Positions 1-11,635 of a stretch of DNA of 64,000 nt are shown piece by piece. Each line of letters opens with the position of its first letter. Position 1 is the first letter of the stretch. A model generated the notes under the pieces. The model saw nothing but the letters and a program-made list of their open reading frames with translations, ran no database searches and was not told the origin of the DNA. Source of the stretch: Bdellovibrionales bacterium. Lineage in GTDB: Bacteria; Bdellovibrionota; Bdellovibrionia; Bdellovibrionales; UBA1609. The position numbers and the translations under genes were made by a program. The DNA is taken from positions 320,001-384,000 of the forward strand of contig CBDHDF010000010.1 in assembly GCA_965261545.1 (NCBI GenBank), in the 5' to 3' direction.

Positions 1-2
1 CC

Positions 3-2216
3 TCGAACAAACAAGCTGATTTAAAAAAGCAAATAAACTCAGAAAAGCAAATAGCGGGGGGCATTCAACTCATTCCTCGTGATGATGTGGCTTGGCTGGA
101 GTGGGACTTGCCGGGAGAAAAGGTCAATAAACTTTCTTCTTCTGTGATGGCTTGTTTTCGTCAATTATTGGAAGAACTCAAGGTCTCCAATTACAAGGCT
201 GTGGTTCTTATTTCTCGAAAGAAAAATATTTTTGTGGCTGGGGCCGATATTGGAGAGATGCAAACGATACATACAGCCGAGGAGTATAGTCGGGTGATTG
301 AGTCAGGGCAGGAGATTATGAACCTCCTTGAGGATCTTCCTATGCCCACGGTGGCAGCCATTGATGGGGCTTGCTTGGGAGGTGGCTGCGAACTTGTACT
401 GGCTTGTGACTATCGGATTGTCACAGATAGTCCTTCCATGAAAATTGGCTTGCCCGAAGTGCGTTTGGGATTGATTCCAGGATGGGGTGGATGTGTTCGT
501 TTGCCTAGGGTGGTGGGGTTACAGTCAGCTCTGGATGTGATTTTGGCTGGAAAAACTCTGCCTGGCAAAAAGGCTGTCAAGATGGGTTTGGTGGATGAGT
601 GTGTTCCCAAGGAAATTCTTGAGCAGAGGGTTCAGCTTTTCATTGATGATATTCTTACTGGAAAGAAGGGAAAGCGATTTAAAAGGTTTTCTCCACGGAA
701 CATCATGGATCGATTGATGGAATCTTTTTTGGGCCAGAGGTTGGTTTTTCGTGAGGTAAAGAAAACAGTTTTAAAAATGACCAAGGGTTTTTATCCTGCG
801 CCCCTAAAAGCCCTTGAGGTGATTAAATCTACTTATAATTTACGAGGATTACAAAATCGCAAGCGTGCTTTAGAAGTGGAGAGAAAAGCCTTTTGCCAGG
901 TGGCGGTGACAGATATTAGTGAGTATTTGATTCAACTCTTTTTTCTCACGGAGGGAGCCAAAAGGGAAACAGGTGTTTCATCAGGCAAGAAAGTGGAAAC
1001 CTCCACTGTGAATTATGTGGGGGTTCTTGGGGCTGGGGTCATGGGAGGGGGTATTGCCTACCTCGCTGCAGACAAGGGTTACTCCACTCGTATGAAGGAT
1101 ATTCAGCATGAGTCTGTGGCTCTTGGTTTGAAGTCAGCCCATGGTATTTGGTCAAAAAAGCTTCAGCGAAGAAGAATCACAAACCATGAGTTGAACCGAA
1201 AGATGTCTCTCATTTCAGGTGGTATTGATTTTTCTGGCTTTCAACAAATGGATGTGGTGATTGAGGCCGTGGTTGAGGACATAAAGGTTAAGAAAATGGT
1301 CATTTCTGAGGCGGCCTCCCATTGTCCTGGTGATTGCATTATGGCCACCAACACATCTTCTTTGAGTGTGACTGAGTTGGCAAAAGCTCACCCTCACCCA
1401 GAAAATTTTTTAGGTATGCACTTTTTTAACCCCGTGGATAAGATGCCTTTGGTGGAAGTCATTCGTGGGGTGGAAACCTGCGATCAAGCCACGGCGACTA
1501 TTGTACATCTGTCTAAAAAAATGGGCAAGACTCCTGTGGTGGTCAAAGATAGTCCTGGCTTTTTGGTCAATCGTCTTTTGCTGCCCTGGTTGTTGGAGGG
1601 TATGTTTCTTTTAGAAGAGGGAATGTCCATTGAGGTGGTAGACAAATTTTTATCTGAGGATTTTGGAATGCCCATGGGGCCCTTTCAACTGTTGGATATC
1701 GTTGGCCTTGATACGTCCATGAAGGCTCTTAAGGTTTTTAAGTCCTCTATGGGGGAGCGCATGGAGGAACCCAAGTTTGGAGAGGTCCTCATTCAATCGG
1801 GGAGATTGGGAAAAAAGGGTTCTAAGGGTTTTTATTTATATGATGGCAAAGGCAAGGAAGCGAGTGTTGATCCATCCATTTATTCAGATCTTCAACTTGA
1901 CTCTCCTGCGGACCCAATGACCTGTGAGGAGTGCATTCAGCGTTGTAATTTTCAAATGATTAATGAGGCAGCAAGGGCCCTCTATGAAGATGAAGTTGTT
2001 GCAAAGCCAGAGGATGTGGACCTCGCTACTATTATGGGCTTGGGTTTTCCTCCCTTTCGAGGGGGCTTGTTGAAATATGCCGATTCTTTGGGGTCTCAAA
2101 AAGTGGTGGAAGGCTTGGAAGAGTATGCCTCTCGTTGGGGTCAGAGGTTTCAACCTTGCCAGAGCCTTATAGATATGGCAGGCAAGGGCAGTGGCTTTTA
2201 TCGCTCTGGCTCTTAG
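3..2216 (+). CDS. fadJ: Fatty acid oxidation complex alpha subunit (enoyl-CoA hydratase + 3-hydroxyacyl-CoA dehydrogenase); 5' end probably outside window
   Basis: FVAGADI and GACLGGGCELVLACDYR hydratase motifs, GAGVMGGGIA Rossmann motif, GMHFFNPV; frame is open from base 3 to the called start at 87. Confidence 0.85.
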   Translation, partial: SNKQADLKKQINSEKQIAGGIQLIPRDDVAWLEWDLPGEKVNKLSSSVMACFRQLLEELKVSNYKAVVLISRKKNIFVAGADIGEMQTIHTAEEYSRVIESGQEIMNLLEDLPMPTVAAIDGACLGGGCELVLACDYRIVTDSPSMKIGLPEVRLGLIPGWGGCVRLPRVVGLQSALDVILAGKTLPGKKAVKMGLVDECVPKEILEQRVQLFIDDILTGKKGKRFKRFSPRNIMDRLMESFLGQRLVFREVKKTVLKMTKGFYPAPLKALEVIKSTYNLRGLQNRKRALEVERKAFCQVAVTDISEYLIQLFFLTEGAKRETGVSSGKKVETSTVNYVGVLGAGVMGGGIAYLAADKGYSTRMKDIQHESVALGLKSAHGIWSKKLQRRRITNHELNRKMSLISGGIDFSGFQQMDVVIEAVVEDIKVKKMVISEAASHCPGDCIMATNTSSLSVTELAKAHPHPENFLGMHFFNPVDKMPLVEVIRGVETCDQATATIVHLSKKMGKTPVVVKDSPGFLVNRLLLPWLLEGMFLLEEGMSIEVVDKFLSEDFGMPMGPFQLLDIVGLDTSMKALKVFKSSMGERMEEPKFGEVLIQSGRLGKKGSKGFYLYDGKGKEASVDPSIYSDLQLDSPADPMTCEECIQRCNFQMINEAARALYEDEVVAKPEDVDLATIMGLGFPPFRGGLLKYADSLGSQKVVEGLEEYASRWGQRFQPCQSLIDMAGKGSGFYRSGS

Positions 2217-4711
2217 AGTTTAGCTCTTATCTTATGTTTTTTTGTGCCACCACAAATTGGGGGATCAGACTGAATGCGTTATTTTGAGTCTGCTTTTTTC
2301 TACCTAACATGGTTGAATCTCCCCACACTTGAGTCAATGCCGTTTCCTTAAGCCAATGGCATTCGTTTTTGCAGAAGATTTTTCCACATTTTTCTGACTC
2401 CCTCTAACATACTGAGTTAAGGGGGCTTTTATCTTTTTTCTTTTTCCGAAAAAATACTTGAGTCCACCCCATCGTTGTGTCATATTATATTTGAACCATT
2501 CCCAAAGGGGAGAGACTCAAATGGACCCACGCATAGAGACATTGCCTTCAACAACTTTTTTTGGAAGACGCTTGACGCGCAAGCAAATTGCCGACATTCA
2601 AACCCGAGTTTGACAGCAGCAGGTGTGTTAAATGGCTAAAATTGGTCTGAGCTAAAATATATCCATAGTAGAGCGAATTTGCGGAAAAAAGTGTGGTAAA
2701 CAAAATATGAAAAAAATCATTCACATTACTGTTATCACTTGATCTTATTCATTTTTAGTAGTCACATTTCCTTATGTTCATACGGAAAGTCAAAAATCAG
2801 GCTGGACAGACCTACTACCACATCGTGGAGTCCTACCGAGAGGGTAAGAAAGTTCGCAAGCGTACCTTACTTTCTTTGGGCCGTGTCGAGGATGGCAATT
2901 TAGATAGCTTACTCAATTCTGCGAAGCGTCATAAGGAGATTCTTACAGCTGCGGAATTGGCTAAAAGCGTCTCCATTGACAAGACTTTTATTTTGGGTCC
3001 CCTCCTTATTTTGGAAAAAATGTTTGAAGATTTGGGAATCAACGATGCTCTCAAGGAAATCACAGACTCTCATAAGAAAATCAAGTTTGATTTACAAAAG
3101 ATCGTATTTACCATTGTTGCTAGCCGTTTTGTTCAGCCCGGATCAAAATTAAAGATTTTTGAACATTGGCAAAATTTATTTTATCCTGATATGTTGGAAG
3201 AAGATATCCAATTACACCAATTTTATAGAGCCATAGACCTGCTTTCCCAGCATAAAGACGACATTGAGATGTCTTTATTTCATAGAGATAGGGACTTATT
3301 TAATCGACAGGTAGACATTGTTCTATATGATCTCACCACACTTCGTTTTGAAAGTACGAGAACGGATTTAGGGGATCTTCGCCAGTTTGGTTACAGTAAA
3401 GAGATGCGTTCTGACTGCACTCAGGTTATTTTTGGTCTTTTGGTTGACCGAGATGGAATCCCCTTGGGCTTTGAGGTTTATCCTGGAAATACTTTTGAGG
3501 GTCACACTATTTCTAGCATAGTTGATAAGATGAGAAAGAAGTTCTGTGTTGGGCGTTTTATTTTTGTGGCGGATCGAGGGCTTTTTTCCAAAGATAATTT
3601 GAGAACACTGAGTGATTGTAATGGGGAGTTTATTGTAGGCATGAAATTGGGTACCTTGAAAAAGGATTTCAAGGAGGATGCTTACAATATTGATAACTTT
3701 AGTTGGGTTATAAAAGACGAATTGGCCATTTATGAAAAGGAATTTGAAAAATATAGATGTATTGTCACTTGGTCTTGTCAGAGAGCTAAAAGAGATCGAA
3801 AAATTCGATCAGAAATTATTGAGAAGGTTAAAAAGAAATTACCTGAAATCCCTAAAAGTTGTAACTAGGTGTAGGACTTAAGTCCTGATTATTGTCTGAG
3901 AAGGCCTTCACTTTGATTAAGAGATTGTCATCTCTTCAAAAGCATAGTTACAATATTAACGATGTCATACACTTTTGAGCAAAAAAATAAGGGAAAAACC
4001 TATGTCTATAAAGTTGAAAGCTTTTGGGACAAGGAAAAAAAGCAGGCCAGGCAAAAACGCATCTACCTTGGAAGAAAGGATGAGTTTACAGGTCAAATTA
4101 AGACCAAAAGAAAAAAGATTCCCATAGGCTCCTATAATGTGGGAGCCTTATTTTTCTTAGAGAAAATATGCGAACAACTAAATCTTCTAAAAACATTGTC
4201 TAAAATTTATCCAGATAATTACGAACATTATTTGCATTTAGCTTTTTTTAAAATAATCAAAAGAGAGCCCTTTTATCTTTACGATATGTGGTGTCAAGAA
4301 GCTTATGTTTCAAAGAAAAATTTTATGTCGTCACAAAAAATAAGCAATCTCTTATGTGATCTTGGGAGAGATCAAAAAAAGATAGAATCTTTCTTTAGCG
4401 AATGGATAAGTCAAGTGAAGGGTTCTGGTACGGTAATGTTTGACATCACATCCTTTTCTTCCTACTCTATGAATAATGAATTTTTAGAGAAAGGTTACAA
4501 CAGAGATGGAGAGAATCTCGAACAGATAAACTTAGGTCTGATAAGTAGGAAATCTGAAGACAATAAAACTCATACGCCTATAGCGTACAGAATCTATCCT
4601 GGAAGTATACCGGATGTCAAAACTTTATCGAATATTATTGAGATCATAACAAGTTATAAATTAGATTTAGATTGTTTAGTTATGGATAAGGGTTTTTCTA
4701 GTGTAGAAAAT

Positions 4712-6600
4712 GGGACTGTAAAAATAATTGTGTAACTGCAATTTTTTTCTTAAATCTTAAAGCCACTTATGTGGCTCCACTCCTGGTAAAAAGCACAGTC
4801 CCATATTATTCGTCAATGTATAATTGACATTTTTTCCTTCAAGCGATTTTGTCAGTCACAATGCATTATAAGTTAATGGGGAGGTGGACATCTTCGCTGG
4901 TCTATATAATTGGCCTCTTTAGTTACTCTGGACTTTTGATTGTATTATGGAGCCGTAATGGGATCATATCAGAACTGGAAAGAACTCAAATAAATAATTA
5001 TCATCTTGGTTGAAAAAAAATCAGCAATGGCTCTCTCAAAAAAATGGAAATTCCAATCTCATCAAAGGGTTCATGTGTTTAGGTTCCCATACTATATTAC
5101 CCCCTTTTTTTTATTTTTTTTAACTTAGGATATTCGAGAAATACCAGAATTGGGATGAAATATGAAAAAAAATGGGAACCCAAATCTGCACCAAGAGGGC
5201 ATGTATTTAGGTTCCCATACTATATTACCCTAACCATAGTCTCGGTATTCCAGTACTTCTGTCAACGCCTTAGAGGGGCTTTTAAGCCCCCTTATAAGGC
5301 AGGTGGTGGACCTTATTAAAAAACTTAGTTGTCAAAACGGTCACCGTATTCAATGGCAAACCTGTTCATGGCTGGCTTCCAGTTGTGTAATGGTCGTGTC
5401 CATCGCTTAGAGGCCATTTTTATCGCTAAATATACAACTTTTAAAGCCGACCGATCACTGGGAAATATCTTACGATTTCTGATCGCCTTGCGGATCACGC
5501 TATTTAACGACTCTATGGCGTTTGTGGTATAAAAAATCTTTCTGATTTCATCCGGATAATCGAAAATAGTGATGAGATTGTCCCAATTCCTACGCCAAGA
5601 CTTTTCAATATTCGGATACTTTGAAGACCACTTGGTACAAAATTCCTCAAGGGCCTTTTCAGCTTCTGTCAGAGTCGTAGAGCCATAAATGGACTTGAGG
5701 TCTTGGGCGACAGCTTTCATATCCTTGGAAGGAACATAGCGAAGGGAATTGCGGACCATATGGACAATGCACAGTTGTACTTTAGACTTGGGAAAAGCCG
5801 CTGAAATGGCTTGAGGAAAACCTGTAAGACCATCTACAGAAAATATAAATACGTCTTTCAACCCTCGATTTTGCAGCTCAGTCAAAACACTCAACCAAAA
5901 CTTTGAACCCTCATTTTCAGAAATCCATAGGCCCAACAAGTCTTTCTGACCCTCCTCTGTAATACCAAGAGCTAGGTAAATCGCCTTATTAATAACTCTC
6001 TTGTCTTGATGGACCTTCACCACGATACAGTCCAAAAATACGATAGGGTAAGTGCTATCCAAGGGGCGGTTCTGCCAAGCCGTAACTTCATCAATAACAG
6101 CATCCGTCACGTTGGCTATCACTGAGTGGGATATCTCTGCACCATGGTAGAGGTCTTTGATAGCTCCTTGAATATCCCTGGTCGTCATTCCCCTCGCATA
6201 GAGGGTCAGAATACTGTCTTCAAAGCCCTCAAGACGAGTCTTGCCTTTGGGAATGACTTGGGGCTCAAAGGAGGCACTTCGGTCACGGGGGACCTGAAGC
6301 TCCACCTCGCCTTTCTCTCCCTTTATGGTCTTTCTACTGTAACCATTGCGAGTGTTGGATTTGCGGGTCTCAGACTTCTCATGCCTCTCATAACCTAGGT
6401 GATCGTCCATTTCCGCATTAAGAGCTGTCTCTAAAACAACCTTCATCAGTTGACCCGTTATGTCGGATAAATCCTTTTGGGTCTTGACGTTCTTCGCTAG
6501 TTCCTTGCCTATTGTCTTGATATCCATTTTGCCTTCTCCTTTCAGGATGATAGTTCATCCTAATATGATTCGGCAGTTACACAAAATAGTTTACAGGCTC
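4712..6600 (-). mobile_element. IS256-family element, 8-bp TSD tagaaaat
   Basis: IRs gggactgtaaaaataattgtgtaactgc / gcagttacacaaaatagtttacaggctc; TSD 4704-4711 and 6601-6608. Confidence 0.9.
5325..6527 (-). CDS. IS256-family (Mutator) transposase
   Basis: RNGY, VPRDR, LYARGMTTRDI, QLCIVH, YTTNAIES motifs. Confidence 0.95.
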   Translation of the reverse strand: MDIKTIGKELAKNVKTQKDLSDITGQLMKVVLETALNAEMDDHLGYERHEKSETRKSNTRNGYSRKTIKGEKGEVELQVPRDRSASFEPQVIPKGKTRLEGFEDSILTLYARGMTTRDIQGAIKDLYHGAEISHSVIANVTDAVIDEVTAWQNRPLDSTYPIVFLDCIVVKVHQDKRVINKAIYLALGITEEGQKDLLGLWISENEGSKFWLSVLTELQNRGLKDVFIFSVDGLTGFPQAISAAFPKSKVQLCIVHMVRNSLRYVPSKDMKAVAQDLKSIYGSTTLTEAEKALEEFCTKWSSKYPNIEKSWRRNWDNLITIFDYPDEIRKIFYTTNAIESLNSVIRKAIRNRKIFPSDRSALKVVYLAIKMASKRWTRPLHNWKPAMNRFAIEYGDRFDN

Positions 6601-8539
6601 TAGAAAATATTAAGGGACTGCATCGTAAGGAATTGAAGTATTTGATACCCATGAGTTTTAGAACAAAACTCTCAAGAGAGCTTGCTGTGGCTTTAAATGA
6701 GAAAATAAAATCTCCATCATGCTCTTTTACTTTTAATGAGGAAATTTATTCGCATTGCAAAGAATCAATAAAAATCGGAGGATTTGATTGTACGGCTCAT
6801 ATTTTCTTAGACAAAGAAAGAAGGGTTTATGAGGAATCTGTGTTAATGAAAGAGTTGCTTGATTTTATGAAACTCTTTCTTGAGAAAGATTTGAAATCAG
6901 AAGAACAAGCTAGTTCCTATATGAAAGAAACTTTAGGAAATAAAAAAAGGTTTCTCAATATCTCTGATTGCACTCCATTTAAGATTTCTTTAAATGAAGA
7001 AAATATTAATGAAGAATCTTCTACGCTGGGTATTATGATATTAATTACAAATAGTCATGATTTAAAGAAAACAGATATATTGAGTTTATATCGAAACAAA
7101 GATATCATTGAGAAAGTATTTTTCTCATTCAAGCATGATATTAATGGAAGGAGAAGTCGAGTTCATTCTCTCATGAATATGAGAGGAAGCATCTTTATTA
7201 ATTTTCTCTCTTTAATTTTAATTTCACATATTGATACTGTTATGAAAGATAAGAAGTTATATAAAAAAATGTCTAAAATAGAAATTTACAAAATGATGGA
7301 CCGATTAAAATTTTATGAATTAGCTACAGGTGATCTGATGCTTGGAGAGCTGTCTAAAAAACAAAAGGATATTTTTTCAGCCTTCCAAATAGATGGGCTT
7401 CCCAAGACAAAATGATGTTTTTTATCTGTTTCAAATGTGACGGTGGCTGTGGCTACCACTATGCCTCATCTATCCAATGGAGACGAAGAGGACCTTTCGC
7501 AGCAAATTCTTATGAATCATATTAAATATATTAATACTATTAAACCTCTCAAACCGTTGACAGCAGCCAATTCCATAGGAAGAGAGGAAAGTTAACGCAA
7601 TACATTAAACCTAGTTACAACTTTTAGGGATTTCAGGAAATTATCATCCAAGAGCGTCAAAATCAATACTTTTATTTCCAATAAAGGTTATAAAAAATAT
7701 GTACATATTCCTGACAGTAAAGATCAGAAACCCATACTTAATGTAAAATTCATAGATGAAGAAGAAAAAAAGGATGGCTTTTTTGCTATTGTAACTAACG
7801 TCAAAGACGTGAAATCTAGCGAAATCCTTAAGAATTATAAGGAGCTTTGGAAGATAGAAGATGCCTTTGGGGAGCTAAAAGGAACTTTGAAAACCCGTCC
7901 TATTTTTCATTGGACCGATAATAGAATTATCGGTCACCTGGTCTTGTGTTTCTTGGCTTATTTATGTGAGGCTCATTTAACAAAGAGGCTCAGAGACAAA
8001 AAGTTAGCTTTAAAAAGCCAAGCTATTGAGGATAAAGCTATAAAGCCAAGGGCCTTGACCATAGTGGAAGCTATGAAGGAATTACGGGAGGTCAAAGCTA
8101 TACCTGTTAAAATAGGTCATCGTACCGTGTGGGTACGCACAGATATTGCCGGTAATGCAGCGGCCTTATTTCGAGCCACAGGGCGGGCTATTCCTCCCAA
8201 ACTACTCAAGTGTGGGGAGATTCAACCATGTAAGTAGAAAAAAGCAGGCTCAAAATAATGCATTCAGTCTTATCCTCCGATTTGTGGTGGCACAAAAAAC
8301 AACTGTGTGCGTTAAGTACTTGATACTACATGTTTGACGCAAATGCTTCTGTCAAACTCGGGCCATCGTTGTGTCATATTATATTTGAACCATTCCCAAA
8401 GGGGAGAGACTCAAATGGACCCACGCATAGAGACATTGCCTTCAACAACTTTTTTTGGAAGACGCTTGACGCGCAAGCAAATTGCCGACATTCAAAAGAC
8501 GGTGGCGCTATTTCATCCTAATATGTGTTCGTATCGAAA

Positions 8540-9742
8540 TCAGGATAAATCATAAATCAGTTGGGATGCTATTCGTTTGCTTGCTTCAACCCCTGGCTGA
8601 TTATAGGCATCAATATCGAAACAATCGGCCAGTGTCGCCACCAACAGCTCACAAGAGAGAATAAGATCTCCCATAGAAGAAGCTTGAGGTTGAACTTTCA
8701 CTGTATGATGGAACACTCCGGCCTCTGTGAGTGACCTTTGAGTGCCATCGGCCAAACAGGCCGTCAAATCTCCCAAGCTATGACCCACAAGGGAATTCTG
8801 TTCTTTAAATAAACTCTCCTTGAGAATATCTCCTTTCTTTTCCAATTCCTCATCGCGAAAAAACCAAACAAATTTATTTCTCACTCCCTCGACAACCTCT
8901 TGCAGTAGGGAGTGCTGGTCCTCGGGCCCCATACATGTTAGCACCGAACTGACTTGGGGTGGGGGGTTGCCATGCTTGTCCTGAGCCTTGACAAGGGACT
9001 CACACCACAACTGTTGAAACCAGTGAGTGAAAAACCGAAGCCTTCGGGAATAACTCCAAAATAAATGAATCCACTCACCTCTTTGAAAACTGTCCAATGA
9101 TTGCTCTGCCCACTGAACCACAAGGTTAAGGTTTTGAAGCCTTTGAGCTGCCCCTGCCTGCAGCCCCTCAATGGGGATTCCCGAAGCCATGGCAGGTATA
9201 AGGCCCCCTGTGGTCAAAACCGAAAACCGACCACAAACACTTTGAGGCAAGGGATAGATATCCATTTGATTTTGAGCCGCCCATTGAGCTAAAGAACTAG
9301 ATAAGTCAGCCACAAGCACGCAACTATTCTCCACCAAGTTCAACTTGCGAGACTTCAAAAATTGATGGACATAATTGGCCATGGCGAGAGTCTCCATGGT
9401 TTGACCTGACTTAGAAATAAATAGCCAACCTGTGCTCTCTAGGTCACTGAGACGTTCAAGAGAGCTTTGCATCTCCCTAGGGTCGGTTGTATCAAAAAAG
9501 TGAAGTCGGCAACCACCCGATGACTCACCCAAAAACTGCCACAAAGACTTGATCCCTAGACAACTCCCCCCCATGCCGACAATACAAAGCTTTTTATATT
9601 TTTGTTGGAGTTCTCGCCCTGCCTGAACACAGAAGTCCCAGTGGGAATCATCTTCCACAAGAGAAACAAAACCCGGACGGCTGTTGATAACTCGATCAAG
9701 AGCCTCACGGGGTGATCTGATGGGCTGGGTTTGGGCGCACAC
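8540..9742 (-). CDS. pgi: Glucose-6-phosphate isomerase (start uncertain)
   Basis: VGMGGSCLG, ISKSGQTMET, GRFSVL, QQLWCES, DQHS, NQPGVE motifs. Confidence 0.85.
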   Translation of the reverse strand: MCAQTQPIRSPREALDRVINSRPGFVSLVEDDSHWDFCVQAGRELQQKYKKLCIVGMGGSCLGIKSLWQFLGESSGGCRLHFFDTTDPREMQSSLERLSDLESTGWLFISKSGQTMETLAMANYVHQFLKSRKLNLVENSCVLVADLSSSLAQWAAQNQMDIYPLPQSVCGRFSVLTTGGLIPAMASGIPIEGLQAGAAQRLQNLNLVVQWAEQSLDSFQRGEWIHLFWSYSRRLRFFTHWFQQLWCESLVKAQDKHGNPPPQVSSVLTCMGPEDQHSLLQEVVEGVRNKFVWFFRDEELEKKGDILKESLFKEQNSLVGHSLGDLTACLADGTQRSLTEAGVFHHTVKVQPQASSMGDLILSCELLVATLADCFDIDAYNQPGVEASKRIASQLIYDLS

Positions 9743-9972
9743 TTTCTAAGGATAGATAAAAATACATAGAATTCAAGGTTAAAGATTGACTATGCTATGA
9801 ATATCTTTAGAGCTATGATAGTTAAGTAACTATGACAAATAATATGGATAACTGTTCAGGGGGGCACGAACTTACAGAAAGAGGTTTATAGTTCTTTTGA
9901 TAAGGAGGGGCTATTATTTCTTGAACTCCGCCCCTTAAACGCTCATAACATGGAAGAAGGGAGAATTGCTCT

Positions 9973-10353
9973 GTGCGTTATTTAAGCTTGATTTTACTTC
10001 TTGCCCTTATGGGTTTGTCTTGGGCCACCATCCACAAACCCACTTTCACAGCGGAGTGGGTTCATTGGAGCCTCCAAAAGGAACTCAAAGATATAATAGC
10101 TCGCCAAATTAAAATCAAATATCCCCGTGTGACAAATATTAAATTCGATAAGATTTGGACAGAAAATATCCAGACCAACAAAGTCAAAGCTCTCTTTAAA
10201 TACTCCTACGAAGAAAGTTCACAGAGCCGCGTTCAAATTCAAGGCCATGCCATGTTAGAGCGACAACGACCCAACGGAAACTCTGAAAAGAAAACTCTTC
10301 CATGGACCATCACTGAAATTCATATCTCCAATGAACACATCCTCTATAGATAA
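9973..10353 (+). CDS. Hypothetical exported/membrane-anchored protein
   Basis: 126-aa ORF with hydrophobic N-terminus, overlaps next gene. Confidence 0.6.
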   Translation: MRYLSLILLLALMGLSWATIHKPTFTAEWVHWSLQKELKDIIARQIKIKYPRVTNIKFDKIWTENIQTNKVKALFKYSYEESSQSRVQIQGHAMLERQRPNGNSEKKTLPWTITEIHISNEHILYR

Positions 10354-11452
10354 ATTTATTCAAATCGATGGTGAGGGCTATTTTTGTACCTTGAGCAATA
10401 GCAAGACCTTAGGCAACAGCAAGACCTTAGGCAACAGCAACATATTGGGCAGCAGCAATACCTTGGGCCGGCAGTTACTCTCAAGTATGCGACGAGATGA
10501 GAGAGGGCGTATTTTTACCGAGATTCAAAATGAAACTCTGCTTGTGGAGTATTTTGATGCACCATTGATGGCCCAAAAAATTCAAAAGGTTCAAAAAAAA
10601 AATAATTCATGGGAAGCCATTTTCCCATACGGATTGAAAGCAAGACTCACCTGGAAAAACCTCACTTTGGACGAGTGGGGCCGATTTCATGGATACACCG
10701 ATAAGCAAATTCCCTTTGTTCTCTCTCCATCGGCAGAAGCAGACCTTTTTCAACATCTCGATGCCTATGATGACGACTCCATCACCATAGACGGAGAACA
10801 ACACACCCTCGAATCATGGCTGCGGCTCAAAGAGGACTTCAACCCTGGGGCCCCCCACTCCTGGGATCAATACTACAACAATGGAACTATGCCACCTCCT
10901 TGGGATGCAGAGGGACCGGCTGAGCCCCTCGCCTCTATTCTCCCACAAATCAAGATACCCAAGTCTAGGATTCTCGTTCTCGGCTGTGGGGCAGGTCATG
11001 ATGCCGCTTATTTTTCTCAACAGGGTCACCTGGTGACCGCCATTGATATCAGCGCGAGAGCCATAGAAAAGGCTCGACAAAAATATGGCTATTTAGAAAA
11101 CATCACTTGGCTCGTGGAAGATATGTTTCAACTGCCCCAACACCATCAGCAAAAACACCAGCAACACCATCAAAAATACGATCTCATTTTTGAAAATTGT
11201 TGTTATTGTGCCATTGATCCCATTCGTAGAAGAGATCTTGTGTCTGCATGGAGGCAACTTCTCATTGAAAATGGGCATCTCCTTGGGATTTTCTTAACAG
11301 TGGACCGGCCAGTAGGACCTCCCTTTGGAACCAGTGAATGGGAAGTGCAGCGACAACTCAAAAAGAATTTTAAGCTCCTTTATTGGACTCGCTGGCAACA
11401 CTCAAAAAGGCGAAGGGGGATGGAGCTTATTGTCTATGCTCAAAAGAAGTAA
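10331..11452 (+). CDS. SAM-dependent methyltransferase (thiopurine S-methyltransferase-like) with N-terminal extension
   Basis: LVLGCGAGHD motif I, AIDIS, DLIFE..CYCAI, GPPF motifs. Confidence 0.8.
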   Translation: MNTSSIDKFIQIDGEGYFCTLSNSKTLGNSKTLGNSNILGSSNTLGRQLLSSMRRDERGRIFTEIQNETLLVEYFDAPLMAQKIQKVQKKNNSWEAIFPYGLKARLTWKNLTLDEWGRFHGYTDKQIPFVLSPSAEADLFQHLDAYDDDSITIDGEQHTLESWLRLKEDFNPGAPHSWDQYYNNGTMPPPWDAEGPAEPLASILPQIKIPKSRILVLGCGAGHDAAYFSQQGHLVTAIDISARAIEKARQKYGYLENITWLVEDMFQLPQHHQQKHQQHHQKYDLIFENCCYCAIDPIRRRDLVSAWRQLLIENGHLLGIFLTVDRPVGPPFGTSEWEVQRQLKKNFKLLYWTRWQHSKRRRGMELIVYAQKK

Positions 11453-11635
11453 GAAAATCTTATTCAACAAAAACTTAATAAAACTTTGAAAAATTGGTAA
11501 TACTCTACGGATAATACTCACACCCCTTTCCATTGGAAAAGAGCACTGGAGAGTGCCAGTGCTCTTTTCTCCTCGTACCATACCATTCCCAATGGAGTGA
11601 GGGTGAATCACTACAAATCATCCTAGATATCATAT

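Larger units (their letters stand above)
3842..7637 (+). mobile_element. IS1634-like element B (1899 bp once IS256 removed), 6-bp TSD aaatta; transposase split 3962-4711 + 6609-7415
   Basis: IR cctgaaatccctaaaagttgtaactaggt at both ends; near-identical to the intact copy at 43056-44954. Confidence 0.9.
2774..8237 (+). pseudogene. IS1634-family transposase, split (2774-3841 + 7644-8237 rejoin to 553 aa)
   Basis: YDLTTLRFE, FGYSKE, VADRG, LWKIEDAF motifs; collinear with the intact 553-aa transposase at 31525-33186. Confidence 0.9.
2603..8362 (+). mobile_element. IS1634-family element A (1958 bp once nested IS removed), 134-bp direct repeats
   Basis: IRs cccgagtttgacag / ctgtcaaactcggg; 2469-2602 repeated at 8363-8496. 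Confidence 0.9.
2335..8520 (+). pseudogene. Truncated IS4-type element remnant (one end plus short transposase-like N-terminus MDPRIETLPSTTFFGRRLTRKQIADIQKTV), itself the target of the IS at 2603-8362
   Basis: caatgccgtttccttaag at 2335-2352 is identical to the terminal IR of the IS at 36893-38309; the short ORF dies after about 8520. Confidence 0.55.

Noticed and set aside
8330..8664. Short ORFs at IS ends (also 33179-33448, 44988-45197, 41011-41193, 45302-45520)
   Set aside because: Products of IS termini, long target duplications or the deleted ABC copy; other short ORFs overlapping known genes are treated as shadows
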